From the NCBI RefSeq assembly GCF_041146345.1, contig NW_027191408.1, positions 1,417,671-1,437,670 on the forward strand: a stretch of 20,000 bases of DNA, given 5' to 3'. The first letter of the stretch is position 1. Each line of letters begins with the position of its first letter. Below are positions 11,770 to 20,000 of the stretch, piece by piece. The stretch is from Neodothiora populina. Its lineage: Eukaryota. The translations under genes and the position numbers were made by a program. The notes below the pieces were generated by a model. It was not told where the DNA came from and ran no database searches. It saw only the letters and a program-made list of their open reading frames with translations.

Positions 11770-12748
11770 TGTAAATGTATGCGGCAATCCGAGATGTTAT
11801 CGTAGGATTGCTCGTTCTCTGACCGCAATTTGAGCTGTACCTTGAAGAGTTGAGCTGGATTTACTAGGAAGTACAAGTGGCATCGGCGATATCTGAGGAG
11901 CATTATCCCTGCCTGCATGTAACGCTTGTAGCATCCTATCAAGCTACGCACACCAGGTAGGTCTTGCGCCTGCCAATTTGAGACGCTTACGATTCTAATA
12001 TTTTGTAGAGCAAGTATTGATCCTCGCGACTGACATCTGTAAGACTTTACATGAGAAAAGAGCGATATCAAGGAAACGCTGCGCGTCAGGGGCTCGACAC
12101 TTCGTACTCGACAGAACGGAAACAGATGTACTCCATCATCAGAGATCAACCGTGGCGGACACTGAATGTTGCATACTTGTAATTCGCGATTGTGATTCAT
12201 GTACTCTGTAATCTGGATCACATAGAGTTCGCTCTTCCTCGCTTGTTTACAGAACATATGCGGCATAGTCGAACAGTCGATTGATGGAGCAATAGTGCAT
12301 TGACAAGGGCGAGTTTTTTCAGGTGAGCAGAACCTACTTGAGTGTCCATAAAATTCCGATATCCTTCGTCTATATTGCTGAAAAGGTTTTGAGCACCGCA
12401 ATCATTAGTTCGCCAGCCCTCGCTTGCTATATGAACGATTACAGCTACAGTCGGCGTCAATCCGAAGAAAATTGTGCTCGCCTCAGATGCTTGGATAGTC
12501 GCAACGAACGGACACGGTCGCCCTCGTGTTGTCCATGCTGGAATATACCCGCACCTACGTACAGAATTCTCCGTCTCCGCAACGCCCTGTGGCGCATGGG
12601 CTGGCATTCCAATGCGGGGAAGACTTGGCGACTTATGCGGAACTTCGCAATCAAATATGCTCACCCGAGTCTATACATTCAACTCATTCAGATACACAGA
12701 GATGTGATATCAATACTACCCAAGCACGTTACAGGCTGTGAGCTATGA
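11770..12748 (+). pseudogene. Decayed multi-exon gene remnant (unknown family)
   Basis: Canonical fungal intron at 11957-12008 (GTAGGT...TTCTAAT...TTTTGTAG) flanked by protein-like but stop-riddled frames (YAAIRDVIVGLLVL*PQFELYLEELSWIY*...). Boundaries approximate. Confidence 0.3.
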
Positions 12749-13292
12749 GCTACTAAGCGACACCTGTATCTTGACGAGTCCTGCAGAATACTTTGTTCGT
12801 CTTCTGCTATCGAATTGTCTTGTTCCTCGTCTCCACAATGCCGAGACGTCACGTGCCAGAGATCTTCTCTGCAGTCTTGTTGTTGCCTGACAGCTTTGTT
12901 TCTCTCTTTCTTCCTTGCCTTTTACAAGCTTACCTCATCGACACGCGTCTCAAGGCGACCTTCAGTCATCGATTGATTATCTCCATCATCTGCATCTTTC
13001 TCGAATCCATCAGCTCTCGTCAGGCTTTTTATTTGTAGACTCCGACGACTTGGACAACGTCCAAACACGGTCGCGCCACCACGTCACTGCACACTCGCAG
13101 CCGTAATCGCCCAACCGGAGTGGCCGCCCTTGGTCGTACGTTCGTCGCTGGATGCGCGTGAAGAGGCAGTCTTTGCTGTGTCGAAGATAATCCCATTTCC
13201 TTCATCGAAGAGACGCTTTTCGCCCGTGTCGCCGCGAACCGACCCAGCGTGGCCCCCGACCAGTGCTGATACCACGTTGCTGAGTGTGCATT

Positions 13293-13317
13293 GTCGCGTC
13301 GCGTCGCGTCGCGTCGC
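13293..13317. repeat. (GTCGC)5 microsatellite
   Basis: Five exact copies read directly from the sequence. Confidence 0.9.
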
Positions 13318-13497
13318 TATCATCTTGACCGTCGCCGTCGCCTTGAGTATCGCCGCCATCCACTTCGATTCCACACATCGTCGACAACAGTTCAAGCATC
13401 ATCAATAAGCAGAGTCAAGGCTGCTCTTCCAGACAAGATCAAGGAAAGCCTGGGTGGGCGGGTTCGCACGGTTCCTTGCGACACAGTGCGGGACGAG

Positions 13498-13654
13498 GTA
13501 TGTACACTGTCGTCGCTCGCATTGGATTACTGACGCGTCGATCGTGTGGATAATTCGTCCAAATTTTGTCGGTCGGCTTGCTGTGTCGGCGTCACCTCTT
13601 TCTGTAGTTCGTCGCGTCATGAACATTAGCCCTCTGCGCTGTCACTAATTCCAG
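13498..13654 (+). other. Putative 5'-UTR intron of the downstream gene, with alternative acceptors
   Basis: Donor GTATGT at 13498. Branch TACTGAC at 13528-13534 with first downstream AG at 13606-13607. Second branch/acceptor CACTAAT..CAG at 13643-13654. Confidence 0.35.
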
Positions 13655-13780
13655 TCGCCGCCGTCGCTCCCCTCCGTGTGAGCGTAAACCGCCATCACTG
13701 TGACCTCTACCCGATAGCAACCTATACGATACGCCCTCCACAATACACACTTGCACGATCTCGACCCTGACACAACAACA

Positions 13781-15787
13781 ATGAAGAGCAAGATGGATGA
13801 CATGGACACGTCTGATTCTGATGACGTTCAACGGCTCAGGTCCAGGCTCGTCTCGGAGGCTCCTCTGACGTGGGTAGTGCCGGGACAACCGGTCGTTGCC
13901 CTCATGACGACGAGCGAGACGGACGCACAGAAGCCGTGTCAGAGTGTCGGACAGCCATCGCTGCGCAATTGTGTTGGGGAGACGCTGTTCCTGTGGATCG
14001 CCTTGAACCAAGACACTAGCGAGCTCTTCATCGCCTTGAGTGTGCGAGTCGCACTAACCAAAGCTCGATCGACTCGCACCAGGCCGCGCAAAAGTCCAAG
14101 TCGTACGCTGTTCCTTGTCATCCCTCCAGAGTCGCTCGCTCTCGAAGTGAACCACGTTGCCTATACCAGTGATGCCATCCCAAGCCAGTTCCGTCAATCT
14201 CCCTCCGACACCGAGTCTGGGAAATGCAGCATCATGCATATGTCGTTCGACCTCGGCGATAGTAAGAGCAGTGTCATCATGCCAGCATACGACATGCCCA
14301 AGTCTCCCATCATGCCGTCGTCGTTGGCTTTGCTTCGTGAAATCAAGTCCTTGTCCGAAGTCTCGCGGTTTAGTCTCTATGCCAATGCCGATCATGTGAT
14401 GAACCGGTCCCTCGAGCAAGTCCGGAATATGTTGGAGAAGTCTCACCCTGTCACCGCACCTTCTGTCCATTTAGATCGATTGTACCCTGGCAATCGTAGC
14501 GCATGCGTGGATAATTGGAATAAGCAAGGCTGGTTCCTTGAGAAGAGCGCACTTGTGAGCAAGACAGACATTGACCAAGCACCTGATCCCTTCAAGCAGC
14601 CCTTGCCGCTGTACGAAGATGCAAATCAACCATCTCTGTCGACGACTTCGGCACCTGCGCCGTCATTACCCTCTACCGCCCCTCCTGCCTACGATGAAGA
14701 CCACAGCCCACCGATCTCAGCAGCTTCGCCTTCCATAGCACATGCTTGCCTTGACTCCCATCTCCTTCATGACATCGAAGCTCCGTTGGCCGGCTTCGCG
14801 CCATCTCCTGCCTCGTCTTATCATCCCCTCTTCCGCTCGCCAACCCCAAGACCTCCACCCACACCTTCGCCGCTGCTCTCTTCGGACTACACTGCTGATC
14901 TCGTTGCCACTTCCCCGTCCGATACTGTCGCATCCGCCATCCTTGACACAACAAACCGCGCTCTGTCCGAAGAGGCTCACAATGGGGGAAAAATCGCTGC
15001 GAGCGAAAGGTCCGCCCAGATACTGGATCCAGTGCGACGGAAACGCCCGTCTTCCGCTGCACACCAGGCGACCCATCCAAAGTCGATGCGGGTGTTCCGC
15101 ACGCCGGCCTCTGCTCAAGATCTTCCTGGTCCTCCGTCACGATTTGCTTCCACTATGTCGACCACCCAGCCCGATACACCATCCCGCCCCATCGTCTCGT
15201 CTCCGCACAACACTGCCGTGGCTGAGTCGACGCTCGGAAGCAATGATACTGTATATGCGCCCGATGAGACTTGCGTCACATTGTGGCTGAAAGAGGCATG
15301 GAAAGTCTGCCCGGGAGCACACTTTGTTTGTATCATTGAACTCCTCAGCCTTGCCAGCGTCGCCAGCAAGCATGACGAAGAGAGCAATTCCAGATGTTGG
15401 GCAGCCTGCACAGCCGCACTCGTTCGGTACTGTGCCGAAGAAGACCTTGCTCGAACCCGTGACCTGCTTCAGACCCAGCCCGACCCTGTCGAAGACGATA
15501 TCGACTTTGATGAGATGGCTGCCTTGACTACTTGGTTGTGCGTTCTGCGACGTGGTGCTGACATGGAATTCTTTGCCTCTTTATTAGAGTTATCGGCCTT
15601 GACCCAACGACACACACGACCCTGGTTCCATGAAGCCGTAGAGCCTGATCTAGTCACACAGTATACACATCAGAAAGCTAAGCTCATCGACCATGCCTGT
15701 ACCGGCCTTTACCAAGACATACTTGAGCAAGGAGAAGATGCTATCTTCTTGGCAATGATGCGCGAGAAGAAACGGCTAGGCATATAA
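13781..15787 (+). CDS. Hypothetical protein (~668 aa): folded N-terminal domain, Pro/Ser-rich linker with LPxY/PPxY motifs, basic RRKRP motif, helical C-terminal domain
   Basis: Uninterrupted 2-kb ORF. ATG at 13781 in good context (ACAACAATG), preferred over the TTG at 13751; in-frame upstream stop at 13715-13717. LPLY at 14603-14614, PPAY at 14681-14692. Confidence 0.8.
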   Translation: MKSKMDDMDTSDSDDVQRLRSRLVSEAPLTWVVPGQPVVALMTTSETDAQKPCQSVGQPSLRNCVGETLFLWIALNQDTSELFIALSVRVALTKARSTRTRPRKSPSRTLFLVIPPESLALEVNHVAYTSDAIPSQFRQSPSDTESGKCSIMHMSFDLGDSKSSVIMPAYDMPKSPIMPSSLALLREIKSLSEVSRFSLYANADHVMNRSLEQVRNMLEKSHPVTAPSVHLDRLYPGNRSACVDNWNKQGWFLEKSALVSKTDIDQAPDPFKQPLPLYEDANQPSLSTTSAPAPSLPSTAPPAYDEDHSPPISAASPSIAHACLDSHLLHDIEAPLAGFAPSPASSYHPLFRSPTPRPPPTPSPLLSSDYTADLVATSPSDTVASAILDTTNRALSEEAHNGGKIAASERSAQILDPVRRKRPSSAAHQATHPKSMRVFRTPASAQDLPGPPSRFASTMSTTQPDTPSRPIVSSPHNTAVAESTLGSNDTVYAPDETCVTLWLKEAWKVCPGAHFVCIIELLSLASVASKHDEESNSRCWAACTAALVRYCAEEDLARTRDLLQTQPDPVEDDIDFDEMAALTTWLCVLRRGADMEFFASLLELSALTQRHTRPWFHEAVEPDLVTQYTHQKAKLIDHACTGLYQDILEQGEDAIFLAMMREKKRLGI

Positions 15788-17746
15788 CCAGGGAAAAAAG
15801 ATGTTGTCGTAAGTCTGTCGCCTACACCTGACTGGATCTGGTCACAGGGACTTTCTATCCTAGAGAACTATAGCGAGTGATCACAGTCCTTTTCAGTCAA
15901 GTCACTACATCCACGTGGATCCTGCTTCGCGAGTGCCTTGTCGATCAACGCTATTGCTCCGACCGTCTTCGCACAAGAAATCGCATGCATCTGACTACAG
16001 GGTCACAAAGCGCTATCCAGCCTGGACGTTGTTTTTCTACCTCCGTCGCCCCAACTTCATCGGTGTCATATAATGAAGCTGTGTCGCCGTGTCGCCTATC
16101 GCCGCTCTCTAGACCCTTTTTGCCGCGCCTCCCACAGTCCTCCATCACCCTGCTTGTTAGAAGTCCGTATTACCTGGATGCCGTCGGCCATTATGGCTCT
16201 TCCATGCGTCGAGTTATAGCCCAGACCATTCGGCATCACGCCCGCTCCGCGCAAGGATGAAGCTACACCTAGCAATGCACGCCACTGCCGATGCACAACG
16301 ACTATACTACGTATGCGATCTTAAGACCGCACATCCCAAGTGATAGATCCTGCTCGTCGTCTCACTACCGTTTTGCAACTAGGAGAGATTGTCAGTGTTG
16401 TTGAAATGCAGTTGCTCGATCGTTATATAGCTTGCCGTGTCCATTTCCATTGACGTCCAGAAGCCCCTGCTTGATTGTACTATCGTTGATTATAGCTGAA
16501 TCACAGCGTCACTACGAATCACGGGGGTGGACTGCAATGCCATCAATCACAATTTTGCCAGATTCCCATTCCAGCATGCACAGTGATCATCCGCTTCAGT
16601 CGTCATATAGCAGGTCCTCGTAGAACCACGACTAGGCTGGTGCTACGCGATTTATCGAGACATGTCCAGTCAATTCATGACGCGTCGCAATACGACGCAA
16701 AGAGAGACAATCTGATTTTCCTCTACAACCATGTCTTATACTCTGCTTTATCGGCTGTTCATGTTCTTAATGTTCATCTACAATGCATCTTCGTGTGACT
16801 ACTAATGCTCCTTCTCTCCTTTATCTAGGCTCTCATCGAGATCATGTTCAATCAAGAGCTCACATGTGCTCGTCGTCTACATCTGATCCGCGAACAAACC
16901 TCCATCGGCCATGTCCGTAGTAATCTACACTCACGTCCGTCACACGGATGCCGTGACATTATCGATACAGTGATGCTCCATATTACATGTGCAAAAGGTC
17001 AGGACTTTTTGCGAATATGTGCAACCCCACGTACAATTTGACTATTGAGACAAAAGAATCATCTGAATATACGGCGATGAGCCCATAAGCTATTAGGTGG
17101 AGAACAATTGCGTCTCGATAGTCCCGTGTACAATTAAGAGTGATCCCACCGTCTCCTTCTTGCTGCGTGTGAATACAGGGGCCGTAGGCCACGTCTGCTT
17201 TACGATGCGTGAGGGAGATCGAGGTCGCATCGCGCCGCTGGAGTTTGTATTCAAGCCAGGCGAACAGCATAGAACGTGAGGATTGGTGGACTGTTTCCTT
17301 ACTGCTTTTCGTAGGACTCCTGAAATCTTGAGCCCCGACTTAAGGGTAAAGTACCCCAGTCATCAACCAGTCGCAGTTAAGTTCTCATCCCACTTCAGTT
17401 GAAGCCAAGAAGATCAACGAGATCACTGTAGTAGTCAATACACATCACACAGCCCTTCTACCTGTAGAGGTCAGAAGCAGTCTTACCTCTTGACGTCTGT
17501 CTCATCCGAAGATACCTGCACGGTATACCAAATTCCCACCTGCCCTCCTGGGAGTTTTCCACTAATCACCGCTCTTCCCTTCCTGTCGATCGCCTTTTCT
17601 CAAGCGTCTTTGCGGGGTGAAACGCGTCCATCTTCGGAGCGTTCCGTAGCCTCACTGGGAGTAGAGGAGTTTGGTTTTTGGCGATACTAGTACATTCATC
17701 CATGAGATCAAGAAACAAGCAGGACAACGAGGTAACGACTTAGGAT

Positions 17747-17784
17747 AGCTTATACGGACGACAAGACCGTGCATAGCTTAACAG

Positions 17785-17820
<36 letters not shown>
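17747..17820 (+). mobile_element. 3' terminus of a non-LTR retrotransposon (LINE/SINE-like), 5'-truncated
   Basis: Stem-loop AGCT-TATACGG/acgacaaga/CCGTGCA-T-AGCT (17747-17778) followed after 6 nt by an (AATC)9 tail. No RT ORF or TSD seen. Confidence 0.45.
17785..17820. repeat. (AATC)9 microsatellite
   Basis: Nine exact copies read directly from the sequence. Confidence 0.95.
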
Positions 17821-17823
<3 letters not shown>

Positions 17824-18149
17824 AATGTTAAGGAGGCCGATTTGTTCGCGGGGGCGATTATGTTTGCGGGCATACTAGTAAGATCAAATGAAGGACAGCT
17901 TATACAGCCAGCCTCGCCCGTAAAAAACTCGGACAATATGTCAATCAGATGAAAGCTGAGAAATGGGGAAGGAAGAGAACTGTTGTTGAGAGTAATGTGT
18001 CATCAAGGTATTAGCCTTCGTATCTTCTTTTACTCTTAAAAAATCCCCTTGAGCTTGGCAGTTGAATTCCTGATACCGCTCGGTTTCTTGCTGCTGTATA
18101 TGATTGCAAAATCGTCTTGTACCTGGGTTTGTTTTTTTACCTTTACCCA

Positions 18150-18387
18150 CATGTGCATCTTCTCTGCTTCCGCGAGCTTGCCTTGAGCTCTGTATGGAAT
18201 GCCGAGATTGTGAACAGTGTCAAGCGTCGAGGTGTGTTCCGGTCCTACCGCTTTCTCGTTTCCTTCGAGCGCCCGCATGTACATCTTCTCTGCTTCCGCG
18301 AGCTTGCCTTGAGCTCTGTATAGAATGCCGAGATTGTTAACAGTGTCAAGCATTGAGGTGTGTTCCGGTCCTACCGCTTTCTCCTTC
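18150..18387 (-). repeat. Tandem 126-bp TPR-coding repeat (~1.9 units, highly similar at DNA level)
   Basis: CATGT(G/A)CATCTTCTCTGCTTCCGCGAGCTTGCCTTGAGCTCTGTA begins at 18150 and at 18276 (126 apart). Confidence 0.9.
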
Positions 18388-18440
18388 CCGATTGTCGATG
18401 CACATTCCATAGTATCTGCCCTCTCCGTCTCGTCCGAGAC

Positions 18441-18500
18441 TTCATCAGACCATGCTTCGAAGTCTATCTTTTCATCAGACCATGCTTCGAAGTCTATCTC
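18441..18500. repeat. 30-bp tandem duplication inside the NLR (encodes (E/K)IDFEAWSDE x2)
   Basis: TTCATCAGACCATGCTTCGAAGTCTATCT(T/C) at 18441 and 18471; one mismatch. Confidence 0.95.
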
Positions 18501-19938
18501 TTCATATAAGCGTATTGCATGAGGGAGCAACCGCCGTTCTAATACCCAATACTCGTGCTGAGACTTCTCCCTAGGTACTAGATCTCCTACACCATGTGCA
18601 GCTACATGGAGGAGTTCAGTCTTCTCTTCACCTACACAGAGATGAGAGCACCACAAGTGTAAAACTGCGTGCATAGAGTGACTCCACGTATCTTGTTGAT
18701 GTTGAATCAGACTATACCGTCTAAGCAGTCCGATAGCATCTGAGAACTTGTGTTCCTCCGAGAGTGTCAGAAGCCACTGTGTGGCGTCGCCATCTTTAGC
18801 CCATCTCGAAATCGATGCGACAAGCTCATACCATATTTCTATAGGAGCAAGGAGACCCCAGAGTCTTAATAGACCTGCTGCTACATGGTCCTGATACACG
18901 ATCTGATCATACGACAGTGTCCATGTTGTTAGAACACTACGTCCACCATACTCCGCTAAGGGTTGTTGGGCTTGCTGCATCTCAAGCAGCCTTTTCCATG
19001 TCTTTTTGTATCGTTCCATGTAAATTATGGCGCTGATACCCGTGTACCGAAGTTATGCACCAGCTTGGACAAGCGCGAGTGGTAAACCGTGCAGTTCAGA
19101 AAGGAGAAGGTGCGAGTCTAAATATTGTAAGCTTCCAACTGTGTCACTAGTCGAGATAGCGATGTAGTTAAGACCGACCTTGGAAAGGGCCCCCAGCGTT
19201 CAACTCTAGTATTGTTCTAGCTTGTCGATCGTCCACTCTACCAACCTCTAGAGATCCTTCAAAACTGCGCGCTATATCTATAAGCCTGCTATTTATAATC
19301 ACGGCTCCATGATATGCTTCGGGAAGGAAGTCGTGTATGTTGAATGCTTGGGAGTCTCTGTCTCGATTTCGGAATTCGCGATCGACATTGTCTATAACCA
19401 TTAGCCATTGTTTGTTGGATGGTAAAGACAGCCAATTTAGCACGGCTTGTAACACGCCATCTATATCTACCTGCAACGATTGAAGGATCTCTCTGACTTC
19501 AACTGGAAGCTCATTTTCAGGTATCCGGTATGCTGCTTCAACAAAAGATTGCTTTAGTTGATTCTCGGAAGACCCATTTAGCCAGATCACTGCGCTGTAG
19601 ATCTGATGGTGATTTCGGGCATGCTCAATAGCAAGTTGTGTCTTACCAATGCTACCCATACCATAAAGTACAAATACCCTCTGCTCAGGCGGGCTGAAAG
19701 CTTCTGGAACTAGGTACCTCTCAACCTTTGACATTTCCGTCGTGCGAGGAACAAAAGAAGTGACCCTTGGTATTCCTTTAAAACTGAAAGGTATGTTGTG
19801 ACTGCCTTGGTCTGTTTAAATAGATCAGCTAACCTGACTTGACGATCCTAGGACGTAGGTCGTGAGGGGTTGTATATACATGTAGCCCGAGCGAGCAGCA
19901 ACGACGGTGACTTGTCAACCATAACTTTAATAACATCT

Positions 19939-19990
19939 TTAGGGTTAGGGTTAGGGTTAGGGTTAGGGTTAGGGTTAGGGTTAGGGTTAG
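19939..19990 (+). repeat. Telomeric repeat tract (TTAGGG)8 + TTAG, followed by non-telomeric TAGCGGCACG
   Basis: Read directly. TTAGGG is the canonical filamentous ascomycete telomere unit. Confidence 0.97.
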
Positions 19991-20000
19991 TAGCGGCACG

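Larger units (their letters stand above)
18036..19940 (-). pseudogene. Fungal NLR-like gene (NB-ARC + TPR), truncated at both ends
   Basis: Exons 19940-19880, 19811-19179 and 19117-18036; introns 19812-19879 and 19118-19178 both join in frame. Walker A GMGSIGKT, Walker B LMVIDNVD, GLPLAL motif, and 42-aa TPR units (GPEHTSTLDTV.NLGI.YRAQGKLAEAEKMY.RAL). Premature TAA at 19053-19055 (QAGA*L, Tyr expected). TPR homology stops at 18150. Confidence 0.9.

Noticed and set aside
13592..15657. Many overlapping minus-strand and alternative-frame ORFs
   Set aside because: Expected by-products of a GC-rich coding sequence; no motifs.
17830..18149. Minus-strand LHLILLVCP as a LINE zinc knuckle with a (GATT)n tail
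   Set aside because: Spacing is wrong and it is too close to the tail; the + strand hairpin-plus-tail reading fits better.
18150..18500. Repeats as a CRISPR-like array
   Set aside because: Contiguous in-frame coding repeats without spacers, in a eukaryotic gene.
19871..19880. Palindrome TGTATATACA
   Set aside because: Short and AT-rich; coincides with the NLR intron donor (GTATAT, perhaps mutated from GTATGT).

Overview
Filamentous ascomycete (fungal) DNA with the look of a subtelomeric, RIP-affected 'gene graveyard'. Left end: TpA-rich degraded repeat and an LTR-like element (398-737). Then several broken genes: a Ca2+/H+ exchanger (VCX1/CAX family) with a premature stop and a frameshift, a zf-3CxxC zinc-binding protein pseudogene, an isolated C-terminal piece of GTP cyclohydrolase I, and other unidentifiable decayed ORFs. 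The only long intact ORF is an intronless ~668-aa hypothetical protein (13781-15787) with PY motifs, in a CG-rich island. The right end holds a LINE-like 3' end (hairpin + (AATC)9) and a minus-strand NB-ARC/TPR NLR pseudogene. That NLR is cut at its 3' end inside a TPR repeat, and its 5' coding exon runs directly into a (TTAGGG)8 tract, itself followed by 10 non-telomeric bases. All family calls come from manual translation and motif recognition; no searches were run.
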